DNA of 64,000 bases from Dehalococcoidia bacterium (GTDB lineage: Bacteria > Chloroflexota > Dehalococcoidia > Lucifugimonadales > UBA3495). Positions 9,144-18,035 of this stretch are shown piece by piece. The stretch lies in assembly GCA_965204865.1 (NCBI GenBank), contig OZ242027.1, positions 935,550 through 999,549 of the forward strand, in the 5' to 3' direction. The position numbers and the translations under genes are program-made. The notes beneath the pieces are model-generated. The model had not been told where the DNA came from. It made no database searches and saw nothing but the letters and a program-made list of their open reading frames with translations. Every line of letters starts with the position of its first letter. Position 1 is the stretch's first letter.

Positions 9144-9620
9144 CTAGGCGTCGATAATCCCCGCGCTGATGGCCTGGCCGCGCAGGTCTCCCTGCTGTTC
9201 CAGGTGGCTGCGAATCTGGCCGATGGCGGACTGAACCATCTCGGCGTCCAGCGACTCGGCTGCTTCGCCGTGTTCCGCCTCGGTGAGCAACTCGGCGGTG
9301 CGCTCGCTCAACTGTTGCAGGGACCAGTCAACCTGGTCGGCCACTGCGACGATGTCCCGGGGAAAGTCGCGGTGAGAGGCGCCGGGGGAGCCGGAGCGGT
9401 CGTAGCCGCCGCCGTGCCAGTGGCCGGGCCTGTCGTGGCAGTCGAAGCGGATGATTTCTTCGTTGCCCACGTCAACCCCGATGGTCGGCCCGCCGCACCA
9501 GGAGCCGCGCACGTTCAGCGCCCGCACCGGCCACACGTAGGCCGTTACCTGACCGTCCTGAGACAGCGGCACGTGGAGTTCATGCCCCAGATACTTCTCG
9601 CCATTTCTCTTTGTTGCCAT
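9144..9620 (-). CDS. Hypothetical protein (158 aa), family not recognised
   Basis: Clean ORF in the coding direction of its neighbours. His/Gly-rich centre (CHDRPGHWHGGGYDRSG) and an acidic helical C-terminus. I can assign no family. Confidence 0.5.
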   Translation of the reverse strand: MATKRNGEKYLGHELHVPLSQDGQVTAYVWPVRALNVRGSWCGGPTIGVDVGNEEIIRFDCHDRPGHWHGGGYDRSGSPGASHRDFPRDIVAVADQVDWSLQQLSERTAELLTEAEHGEAAESLDAEMVQSAIGQIRSHLEQQGDLRGQAISAGIIDA

Positions 9621-9728
9621 CTAAATCTATCCTCCGATAATCAGTTTGGAATGAAGATGAATTGGATTTAACCCGAAACTACCACAGGCGGGCGGTGAAT
9701 ACAATCGCGGCCCCTGCCGTCCCTGTCC

Positions 9729-10484
9729 TTACGGGTTTATGAGGCTGCTACGGTTTTCGACGATGAACGTCTCGCGCCGCTCCACAAAGTCCATAATCAC
9801 GTTGACCAGCGCGTCGGGCCGGTCTACTGCGACGGCGTGGCCCGCATCGTAGACGTAGCAGACGTTGCAGTTGGGCGCCCGCTCTTTCCACACTCCACCG
9901 GCTTCCCGGGAAACCAGCCGGTCCTCCTGCCCGAACACCGCCAGGATGGCGCATGACAGGCCCGGCAGCAAATCGGCGGCGTCGCTATTCGCTGCGTCCC
10001 AACGCTCTGACATCGCGGCCAACGCTTCCGTCCGACTTGGGGTCTGCGGAATTTGAGTGTTGTCTCCGGGGTGAGCCAGCATCACATTCATGGCCAGCTC
10101 CGGCGTGTTCCATGACAGTGGTTTCCCGGACCCGATGCAGGTCGGAGAGACCAGCGCCAGTGCGGATACGGACGCAGGGCGTAGCAGTCCCAGGCGCATG
10201 GCAACATCCGCGCCCAGTGAAGTACCGATTAGCGCATAAGCATTCAGCCCACAGGCTTCGACGACCGCGGCAACGGCTTCGGACGCATCCCGCGCCGAAC
10301 CCGGCATCCTGCTGGCATCGGGTGGTTCGATGCTGATGACCCGGTATCGGGAGGCCAGTACGTCGGCCAGCGCCGATGTTTCCCACGGCGTCCAGTCCAG
10401 CAGCACCACCGGTTCCCCGGCGCCGGATTCTGAGAAGCGCAGTCCTTCGACAAGCTCAGGCTGACTATCTTTTGCTGATGCCAT
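9729..10484 (-). CDS. Alpha/beta hydrolase
   Basis: 251 aa. Nucleophile elbow GTSLG and C-terminal DAGHAV. Starts 4 nt after the stop of the upstream LLM gene. The N-terminus contains a reverse-oriented REP-B copy (QPELVEGL). Confidence 0.8.
   Translation of the reverse strand: MASAKDSQPELVEGLRFSESGAGEPVVLLDWTPWETSALADVLASRYRVISIEPPDASRMPGSARDASEAVAAVVEACGLNAYALIGTSLGADVAMRLGLLRPASVSALALVSPTCIGSGKPLSWNTPELAMNVMLAHPGDNTQIPQTPSRTEALAAMSERWDAANSDAADLLPGLSCAILAVFGQEDRLVSREAGGVWKERAPNCNVCYVYDAGHAVAVDRPDALVNVIMDFVERRETFIVENRSSLINP
10442..10461 (-). repeat. REP-B copy 2 (weaker), inside the alpha/beta hydrolase CDS, reverse orientation relative to the transcript
   Basis: GTCCTTCGACAAGCTCAGGC on the plus strand. 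The gene is on the minus strand, so it is read as QPELVEGL. Confidence 0.65.
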
Positions 10485-10487
10485 CGC

Positions 10488-11591
10488 CTAGAACTCTTTG
10501 ATTCGGGGCAGGACTTCCCGCCCGAACAGCTCGATTTCCGCCATGATGTCGCGGTGGTCGAGGCTGGGCTGCTGGAAGAACAGGTCTATGACCCCCGTGC
10601 CGCATCGGTCGTAGTAGGCCCGTATCTGCTCCGTGACGGAGTCCGGGCCGCCGACGAAGGTCAGCCCCGGCGCGCCGCCCACGATGTCGCCCGAGGCGCT
10701 GCCGGCGAAGACGTGGCTGTAATCTATGTCTTGGCCCGTTCTCTGCGCCTGGATTACCTGGGCCACCGACGAGCGCATGGCCATGCCACGGGCGCGCCCC
10801 TGGTCCTCCTGCCTGTGGAACCAGTCCCAGGCCTTCTCGTCGGTCTCCGCCAGGTAGATGCTGCCACGGAAGACTACCTCGTCGGGTTGGGGCGTCCAAC
10901 CCGCCTCCCGGCACCACTGGAAATACTTGCCGGTGATGGTTGCCACGTCGTCCACCGGCAGAAAGGAGACGCCCAGTCCCAGCCGGTGAGTGGCGGCGAA
11001 ATGGACCGCATCGTCGCTGCGGGTGGCGACAATTGCCGGGGGTAGCGGCTGTTGTACAGGACGAGGCCAGACCGACACGGTGCGGTACTGGTAATAGCGG
11101 CCCTCCCAGGCGAAGGGCTGCGGCTCGGTCAGAGCGCGGAGGATGAGGTCCATGCTCTCCAGCATCCGCTCTCGTCCCTCTGCGGGGTTGACATTGTAGA
11201 CCTGGTCCTCGTTGGGAGTGCCGCGCAGGAAACCCATCACCAGCCGGCCGTTGGTCAGGTTATCCAGCAAGGCCAGCTCCTCGGCGATGCGCACCGGGTT
11301 GTTCAGCGGCAGCAGGTGTCCGAGCATGGCCATGCGGGCCTTCTTGCATCGCTCGGCGACGGCGGCGGCCATCACCGAGGGCGTGCCGGTGGCGATGCGT
11401 CCGGAGTAGTGGTGTTCCGAGAAGCTAATCCACTCGAAACCCATCTCCTCGGCGAACTCGCACTCCTCGATGCCGTCCTGGTAGCTCTGCACCGACAGCT
11501 CCGGGTCGTTGTAGGCTGGCGGCGTGGGCCAAGTGGCCGGGAAATCCCGCCGCAGCGCATAGCCCATCGCGCCCAAGTAGGATGCTTTCAT
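10488..11591 (-). CDS. LLM-class flavin-dependent oxidoreductase
   Basis: 367 aa. EEMGFEWISFSEHHYS and the overall LLM layout. Confidence 0.85.
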   Translation of the reverse strand: MKASYLGAMGYALRRDFPATWPTPPAYNDPELSVQSYQDGIEECEFAEEMGFEWISFSEHHYSGRIATGTPSVMAAAVAERCKKARMAMLGHLLPLNNPVRIAEELALLDNLTNGRLVMGFLRGTPNEDQVYNVNPAEGRERMLESMDLILRALTEPQPFAWEGRYYQYRTVSVWPRPVQQPLPPAIVATRSDDAVHFAATHRLGLGVSFLPVDDVATITGKYFQWCREAGWTPQPDEVVFRGSIYLAETDEKAWDWFHRQEDQGRARGMAMRSSVAQVIQAQRTGQDIDYSHVFAGSASGDIVGGAPGLTFVGGPDSVTEQIRAYYDRCGTGVIDLFFQQPSLDHRDIMAEIELFGREVLPRIKEF

Positions 11592-11657
11592 GTCTGCTCC
11601 CGTCCCTGAATCAAGGCAATCTTTGAATCACGCGAATCACAGTTCAGACTTCGTAAT

Positions 11658-12872
11658 CTACAACTCCACCAGTTCGTAGGACAGGGTGTTGAAATTCTCG
11701 TGGCCGGTTTCGGTTATGAGGATCATGTCCTCAATCTGGTAGGAGCCTAGGCTGGCGGAATAGTAGGGCGTTTCCAGGCAGAGCAGCATCCCTGGCTGGA
11801 GCTCGCTGTGCTCGGTGGCGCTGATAAAGGGCGGCTCCTCAACGAAAGTGTCCAGTCCAATGGAATGCCCGTAATGGCCGCGGCTGTATCCGGGGAATCC
11901 GCGGGCTTGCATGATTTCGTCCGCTACACGGTATACCGCCGAAATGGGCGTTCCCGGGCGTATCAGCTCACGGGCGGCGGCGTGGGCTTCGGCCAGCGCG
12001 TCGTGTACCCGGCGCTGCTCGCCGGAGGCGCGTCCGAAGGAGAAAGTGCGCCCGCAGTCGCTGTAAAAGCCGCCGACGGCAACGCCGCAGTCGAACTTTA
12101 TCAGGTCGCCGGAGCCCAGCCCGCTTCTGTCGCCGAAACTGCTGCCGGTCCCGGCGCTGATGAAACCGTAGGCCGACTGGAACTCCCCTAGCGACGGGTC
12201 GGCAATGGCCGCTTCCAGTGCCCCCGCCTGGTACTGATACTTGATGTCCTGTGCGCTCTGGCCTTCCCGCGCCTCGTTGATGGCCCGCCGCAGGCCAGCC
12301 TCAAATAGCCTTGCCGCGTTGCGGTGCATCTCGATTTCCTGCGGATGCTTGATGGCCCGCAGGCCGTAGAGCATTCCGGTCACATCCACAAACTGGCATT
12401 CGGGATTGTTCTGTTGCAGACGGAACAGGAAATCGGCGTAGACATAACGCAGGTCTATGCCCACGGTTGCGGCGGACAACCCCCGTTCTTCCAGCATCGA
12501 GGTAAGCGTTTCGTCCAACTCGTCCGGGTTCCACTGGGGCGGACGGGAGATGCGCGCGTCGCCGCCCGAAGGCCCGGTGATGACGTCCAGGTCGCGGTTC
12601 TCCACCCACATCTGGTAGGTGCGAATATCCTCGATCGAGGTTACTGCTCTGGCGGCCGGGGCCGCGAAATCGCTGGTCATAAGCGCTGCGGGCAGGGACG
12701 GATCGGCGGGAATCAGGGCCATGTCCGTGCCCATCAGGCGGAAAGACAGGTTAACCACCGGGCTGAAGAAGCCGGTGGTATAGAAGATGTTGGCTGGCGT
12801 GGTGACCAGGCAGGCGTCGATTTCCAGGCGCTGCAACTCTTCCTGTACCCGGCGGCGGGCGTCGTCGAACAT
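11658..12872 (-). CDS. M24-family metallopeptidase (Xaa-Pro peptidase/creatinase-like)
   Basis: Creatinase-type N-domain (IDACLVTTPANIFYTTGF) and a pita-bread C-domain (HYGHSIGLDTFVEEPPF...YQIEDMILIT). Start set at ATG 12872 (MFDDARRR); the track ORF extends further upstream. Confidence 0.8.
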   Translation of the reverse strand: MFDDARRRVQEELQRLEIDACLVTTPANIFYTTGFFSPVVNLSFRLMGTDMALIPADPSLPAALMTSDFAAPAARAVTSIEDIRTYQMWVENRDLDVITGPSGGDARISRPPQWNPDELDETLTSMLEERGLSAATVGIDLRYVYADFLFRLQQNNPECQFVDVTGMLYGLRAIKHPQEIEMHRNAARLFEAGLRRAINEAREGQSAQDIKYQYQAGALEAAIADPSLGEFQSAYGFISAGTGSSFGDRSGLGSGDLIKFDCGVAVGGFYSDCGRTFSFGRASGEQRRVHDALAEAHAAARELIRPGTPISAVYRVADEIMQARGFPGYSRGHYGHSIGLDTFVEEPPFISATEHSELQPGMLLCLETPYYSASLGSYQIEDMILITETGHENFNTLSYELVEL

Positions 12873-13042
12873 GAAATAGACCTCCAGTTGTGCCAGCCCA
12901 ATTCTACACGCCGTTGCAAACCGGCGCACCAGCATCCCAGGTCCCTTTGGTTTCCGGTTCCCGTTCCTATATGCCGTGGACAAAGAATACCTGCGGGATT
13001 AGTATTTCCCCATCAAGCTAGGGTGGCTCGGAGACAGGGAAT

Positions 13043-14341
13043 ATGGATCTGTTCAGGCACAAGGTCTTCTATGGCTGGTGGGTCACCATTGGCTGCTCCC
13101 TGGTTGTGTTCGGCGTGGCTGGCGGTCAGTTTTCTTTTGGCGTCTTTATGAGGCCCATGACGGAGGAGTTTGACTGGAGCCGGGGAACCCTGTCGGCGGC
13201 TTTTGGAGTCACTTACCTGATATCCGGCCTGCTGCGTCCCTTGGCCGGCTATCTTGCCGACCGCTACAGCCCCAAGTGGGTGGCCCTGGCAGGGGTGCTG
13301 ATCATGGGCTGGATGCTGGCCCTGATTTCTGCTGTCCAGTCGCTCTGGCAACTGTATGTGCTGTTTGCCATTATGAGCTTTGGCGTGACCCTGGGAACCG
13401 GGCCGATCCTTACCAAGATAGTCAGCCAGTGGTTCCTGGCAAGACGCGGGCTGACCTTGGGACTGGTAAGTGGAGCAGGTTCCTTCGGCGCCATGATCCT
13501 GGTGCCGGCCACGTCCGCATTCCTGGTGCTGCTTTCCTGGCGGGAGGCGTATCTCTTTCTTGCGATACTCCTGTTGTTGGTGATTCTGCCCGTGGGGGTA
13601 TTGCTGATTCGGGACCGTCCCGAGGACAAAGGGCTTGAACCTTACCGCGCCGATGACCAATCAGCGGGCCCCGGCAGCCGTCGGGGGGGAGACGTAAACT
13701 TCTCCTTTATGGAGGCAATCCGTACCCCGATGTTCCAGAAGCTGACTTTTGGGTACTTCGTTTGAGGGTACTCGATGAGCTTCGTGAATGCTCATTTTGT
13801 CACCTACGCTCAGGACCTTGGCTATTCCCCGCTTACTGCGGCTTTCATGTTCAGCATCATCGGGGCTACGGCCATAATCGGAGCTCTGTGGCTGGGGCAT
13901 TTTTCCGATAAGTACGGCCGCCGCGTTTGGCTGGCGATTTCCTATCAACTACGGGCGTTGGGCTTCGTCGTGGTTCTCCTCTCCATGGGAATCCCCTTCC
14001 TCGGCGTACCGTCGCTGGGCATAGTGGCCCTGGTAGCAGGGGTGTTGCTGGTGGGACTTTCGTGGAACGCGGTGGTGGGGATAACCGCCGCCTACACTGC
14101 CGATGGGTTCGGCACCGCCCACATGGGGAAAATATACGGAACCATGTTCGCCGTTATGCCCATAGGATCGGGTCTGGGATCCTTCCTCGGCGGCTACCTG
14201 TTCGACATTCGCAGCACATACGACTTGGCCATCTGGTCCAACATTGCCCTGCTGATCGCCTCCGCCCTGCTGGTGCTTTCCATTGGCGGCAAGAGGCCGC
14301 AGCCGCTGGGCGGGCCGGCCACCGCCGCCGGGGGCGACTAA
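13043..14341 (+). CDS. MFS transporter interrupted by one in-frame TGA (13763-13765)
   Basis: Track ORFs 13043..13765 and 13775..14341 are in the same frame, separated only by TGA plus 3 codons. Read-through gives one contiguous multi-TM MFS protein (FYGWWV...GYLADRY...GHFSDKYGRR). Confidence 0.7.
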
Positions 14342-14366
14342 CCCCGCCTTCCATCAGCGAAATGGT

Positions 14367-14398
14367 AAAGGCCCCGGCACTGAAAGCCGGGGCCTTTT
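14367..14398. terminator. Bidirectional rho-independent terminator between the convergent MFS and TRAP-SBP1 genes
   Basis: AAAGGCCCCGGC-loop-GCCGGGGCCTTTT. A/T runs on both sides. Confidence 0.6.
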
Positions 14399-14414
14399 CG
14401 CGGGCTTGGAACTT

Positions 14415-14450
14415 CACCCTCACCCGGCCCTCTCCCTCGAAGGAGAGGGA
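14415..14450 (+). repeat. REP-A copy 2 (variant)
   Basis: CACCCTCACCCGGCCCTCTCCCTCGAAGGAGAGGGA, between the terminator and the TRAP-SBP1 stop. Confidence 0.7.
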
Positions 14451-14464
14451 TGATGTAAACGGCG

Positions 14465-15937
14465 CTATTCGGTTATTGGCACGGCCTCAGTCGAGCCGTC
14501 GGAATTGATGCGCAGGCCGACGATGTGGGCCACCTTCTCATTGAACAGTTGGATGATGTCGGCGTCGCCACCGCCCACGCGGTTGACGAAGCCGGGTATG
14601 ACGTGCTCCATCACGGCGACGTTCTTCATGTGGGTCATCAGCTCTTCGTTGAAGGGCTGGAAGGTCAGCCCTTCCGCGACGTTCCGGTCAACCCAGACTT
14701 CGTTCCAGGCCGGGGTAACCCGCATGGCCTCCAGTTCGTGCCTGGCCCCTTCTTCCAGGAGAATCTGCTGGATGTCGGGGGGCAAGCCGTCCCAGACCTG
14801 CTTGTTGATAATGGCATTGGTCAGCAGCTGGCTGGACAGCGGCCCCACCATATAGTCGGTGACCTCATACCAGCGCTGGGCGTGGGCGGCGAAAGCGACA
14901 GTGACGCCGCAGTCCAGAATGCCGCGCTCCAGGGCAGTGTAGACCTCGGCGAAGGCCACGAACTGGGCGTCGGCTCCCATTCCTTCAATCCAGTCGGACA
15001 GCGCCGCGCCGTGGCTGCGGGTCTTCTTGCCCTCGAAGTCCGCAAGGCTGGTGATGCTGTCCTTGCAGAAGAAGAACTGGTCGCCGCCGGAAATCCACTT
15101 GTGGAAAACCACCTGGCCGCCGCCGGTGGCGTCGGAATACATCCGGTCAATGTCGGGCTGGATTGCCTGGGTGACCTTGAACTCGACCTCGTGGTCGGGA
15201 TACAGGCCATAGAGCAGGGCGATTTCAGCATCCGGCAGATGCCCGGCGATGTAGCCGCCGTAGATTTCGGCGAAGGACAAGGTTCCGCTGTCAACCAGGT
15301 CCAGCGAGTCGGGGCCGGCCAGCCCCAGCTCGGGGAAGGAGGTGATGACTATCTTGAACTGCCCGTTGGTGCGTTCTTCTATCTGGGGACGGAAGAAGGC
15401 GTCCACCAGCTCGCAGGTCGCCACCGTCCGGTTGATGCAGGCGTACTGGAGCTCAATGGGTTCTCCGTCGTAGACCAGTTCCGTCGGGTTGGTGAAGTTG
15501 GCCCTTTCCACCAAGTTCTTGTAGTACTCCGAATCGAAAAGGTAACGCTCGCGCTCCAGCGCGGCCAGGTTGACCATGTCGTCGGCGTCGCCCAGGCCCT
15601 CCTCGGGGGCCGGGCCAACCAGTTGCGAGAGGTCTCCGATGTAGAACGCTCCCGGCTTGCCGGCCCGCTCAGCGGCGGCGGCGGCCAGTGCGGGGTCAAC
15701 GTCGGGCATTTCCGGCTCTTCTTCCATAGCCGCTTCCGTGGGTTCTGCCATAGCGGCTTCCGTGGGTGTGGGAACCGCCGGAGCGGGTGTTGCCGTCGGT
15801 ACGGCCGTTGGCGCGACGGTCGGGGCCTGCGTTGCGGCAGGGGCCGCCGTAGGTTCAGGATCTGCGGCGCCTCCACAGGCCAGCGCCAGGGACATGAGCA
15901 AAACCAGAGAAATAGCTGTCAGGAATGTTTTGGTCAT
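14465..15937 (-). CDS. TRAP-type (DctP-family) solute-binding lipoprotein, array copy 1
   Basis: Start ATG 15937 (MTKTFL...LALACGG lipobox) preceded by GGAGG. P/A/T linker. DctP-like core (ERTNGQFKIVITSFPELG...LADFEGKKTRSHG...FAEVYTALERGILDCG...RWYEV). Confidence 0.8.
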   Translation of the reverse strand: MTKTFLTAISLVLLMSLALACGGAADPEPTAAPAATQAPTVAPTAVPTATPAPAVPTPTEAAMAEPTEAAMEEEPEMPDVDPALAAAAAERAGKPGAFYIGDLSQLVGPAPEEGLGDADDMVNLAALERERYLFDSEYYKNLVERANFTNPTELVYDGEPIELQYACINRTVATCELVDAFFRPQIEERTNGQFKIVITSFPELGLAGPDSLDLVDSGTLSFAEIYGGYIAGHLPDAEIALLYGLYPDHEVEFKVTQAIQPDIDRMYSDATGGGQVVFHKWISGGDQFFFCKDSITSLADFEGKKTRSHGAALSDWIEGMGADAQFVAFAEVYTALERGILDCGVTVAFAAHAQRWYEVTDYMVGPLSSQLLTNAIINKQVWDGLPPDIQQILLEEGARHELEAMRVTPAWNEVWVDRNVAEGLTFQPFNEELMTHMKNVAVMEHVIPGFVNRVGGGDADIIQLFNEKVAHIVGLRINSDGSTEAVPITE

Positions 15938-16043
15938 GGAACAACCTCCTGAAACTGTGTGGAATCCCTGCGTATGCGCCGCGCCCGCCGGTTTTGTGGC
16001 AGCCAATCCTTCGGTTCCACTCAGGGCAGGCATAGCCCGGCGG

Positions 16044-16072
16044 AATATACCAAAACGATTCTTACAGCGCAA
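16044..16072 (-). promoter_or_regulatory. Putative promoter of TRAP-SBP copy 1
   Basis: Minus strand TTGCGC-17 nt-TATATT. Same architecture upstream of all five array genes. Confidence 0.5.
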
Positions 16073-16217
16073 GGATAAAATACGAATAGAATGGAAATAA
16101 ATGTAATAATAACTTATAGTAAGTTGATATACTGCTATAATACTACGATATTCGTAGGAATTATTCATAATTATCGCTGAATGATTTTGGGAGAGCAGTT
16201 GCTCGTTTCCCATGTAT

Positions 16218-16248
16218 AAAGGCCCCGGCATTCGACGCCGGGGCCTTT
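16218..16248 (-). terminator. Terminator of TRAP-SBP copy 2
   Basis: AAAGGCCCCGGC-ATTCGAC-GCCGGGGCCTTT. T-run on the minus strand. Confidence 0.6.
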
Positions 16249-16285
16249 CGCTGCTCCGGATGGATGGCCTACGGAGCGCTGAGGG

Positions 16286-17713
16286 TCACTGGATTCGCTC
16301 CCCAGTGCCGTCAGGCAATATCTTGATGCCCACGATCGGGGAAATCTTCTCATTGAACAGGTCAATCATGTTGGCCCTGTTGTTCTCGTCCTGGCGATTA
16401 ACAAAGCCAGGTATGACAAAATCAGTGGCCACCACGTTCCTCTGGTGTTCCAGCAGTTCGGGGGTGAACTCCTGGTAGATCATCCCGGCCTCGATGTTGC
16501 GCGGGATCCAGACCTCGTTCCACGCCGGGGTCACCCGCAGGCCCTCAAGCTCGTGCCGGGCGCCCTCCTCAAGCAGAATCTGCTGGATGTCGGTGGGGAG
16601 GTCCTTCCATACCTGGGGGCTAATCATGACGGTGTTCACCGCCTGGGTTGCAAGGGGGCCGACCATGTATTGGGTCACCTCGTACCAGCGCTGGGCGACC
16701 GACGCGAAAGCCACGGTCACGCCGCAGTCTAGGACGCCACGCTCCAGGGCCGTGTAGACCTCGGCGAAGGCTACGAACTGGGCGGCGGCGCCGAAACCGT
16801 TGATCCAGTCGGAAAGGGCCGAGCCATGGCTGCGGACCTTGCGTCCCTCAAAGTCGGCCAGTTTTTCTATGGGTTCCTGGCAGAAGAAGAACTGGTCGGC
16901 GCCGGATATCCACATATGGGTGATAACCTTGCCCCCTTCGCTGTTCTCCTCGAACAGGCTGTCGACCAACGGCCCTATGGCTTCCTGGACTTTGAGATAG
17001 TGTTCATGGTTTTCGTACACGCCGAACAGGATTTGCAGCTCGGCCTCGGGCATGGCTCCTGAGACGTAACTGCTGGAAATCTCGGCAAAGGACAGGGCGC
17101 CGTTGGCCAGCAGGTTCAGGGAGTCCGGCCCGGCAATGCCCAGCTCCGGGAACGAGGTGATTTCGATCAGCACCTTGCCGTTGGTGCGCTCCTCCACCTG
17201 TTTTCTGAAGAAGTGGTCAAACAGCTCGCAGGGAGCAACGGTGCGGTTGATGCAGGCGAACTGGATTTCTATGGGCTCGCCGTCGTAGGTCATCTCGGTG
17301 GGGTTGGTGAAGTTGGCCTTGTCCACCAGGTCCCTGTAGTACTGGAGTTCGAAGATATACTTTTCACGTTCCAGGCCGGCTAGGTTGACCATATTATTTT
17401 CGTCGCCCAGGTTTTCGCCGGGCGCCGGGCCCACCAACTGATTGAGGTCTCCGATGTAGAACGCGCCGGGCCCGCCGGCCCGCTCGGCGGCGGCCGCGGC
17501 CAGGGCCGGGTCAACGTCGGACATCGCCGAGTCCTCTTCCTCCATCGCAGCCTCGGTGGCCGTGGGGGGAGGCGCGGGCGTGTTCGTTGGCGCGGCCGTC
17601 AGGGCCGCGGTCGCGGGCGCCGCCGTAGGCTCAGGTTCTGCGGCGCCTCCGCAGGCCAGCATCAGGGCCATCAACAGGATCAATGTTCCAACTGTCAGGA
17701 AAGCCTTAATCAT
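16286..17713 (-). CDS. TRAP-type (DctP-family) solute-binding lipoprotein, array copy 2
   Basis: Start ATG 17713 (MIKAFL...LMLACGG). Same architecture as copy 1 and closely similar to it. Confidence 0.8.
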   Translation of the reverse strand: MIKAFLTVGTLILLMALMLACGGAAEPEPTAAPATAALTAAPTNTPAPPPTATEAAMEEEDSAMSDVDPALAAAAAERAGGPGAFYIGDLNQLVGPAPGENLGDENNMVNLAGLEREKYIFELQYYRDLVDKANFTNPTEMTYDGEPIEIQFACINRTVAPCELFDHFFRKQVEERTNGKVLIEITSFPELGIAGPDSLNLLANGALSFAEISSSYVSGAMPEAELQILFGVYENHEHYLKVQEAIGPLVDSLFEENSEGGKVITHMWISGADQFFFCQEPIEKLADFEGRKVRSHGSALSDWINGFGAAAQFVAFAEVYTALERGVLDCGVTVAFASVAQRWYEVTQYMVGPLATQAVNTVMISPQVWKDLPTDIQQILLEEGARHELEGLRVTPAWNEVWIPRNIEAGMIYQEFTPELLEHQRNVVATDFVIPGFVNRQDENNRANMIDLFNEKISPIVGIKILPDGTGERIQ

Positions 17714-17797
17714 CGGACACCCCCCTGAAAATCTGAGTGGTACAGGCCCTGTGCTCCGCGTCCGCTGCGTTGGTGTACGCCCGGCAAAGCCGTGCGA

Positions 17798-17826
17798 AAT
17801 ATAGCAAATGGAAAACCTCAAAGCAA
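17798..17826 (-). promoter_or_regulatory. Putative promoter of TRAP-SBP copy 2
   Basis: Minus strand TTGCTT-17 nt-TATATT. Confidence 0.5.
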
Positions 17827-17972
17827 GAATATGAGACGGAGTACAGTTTTCATAAGTCAATATAAGTCATCCTTTAGTAGAAATACCAGTCATAATTACG
17901 AATTAGAGCTATCATAAGCGTATGATAAGTCCAAAACAATCTCAGAAACCGGCGGCTTCCGTTCATAAATAA

Positions 17973-17998
17973 GGGCCCCGGCACAAATGCCGGGGCCC
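17973..17998 (-). terminator. Terminator of TRAP-SBP copy 3
   Basis: GGGCCCCGGC-ACAAAT-GCCGGGGCCC, followed on the minus strand by TTATTTAT. Confidence 0.6.
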
Positions 17999-18035
17999 TC
18001 GTTGTGAGGTTTGGTTACATCAATTGACGACTGTG

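Noticed and set aside
15938-16231. N-terminal extensions of track ORFs running through AT-rich promoter regions or upstream genes: 14465..16231, 16286..17860, 50720..52240, 44297..45736, 45424..46746, 34223..35350, 8039..8737 and 11658..12983.
   Set aside because: The extensions have no signal-peptide or family logic. They cross predicted promoters and terminators or overlap the preceding gene. Internal ATGs with GGAGG-type ribosome-binding sites give N-termini typical of the families.
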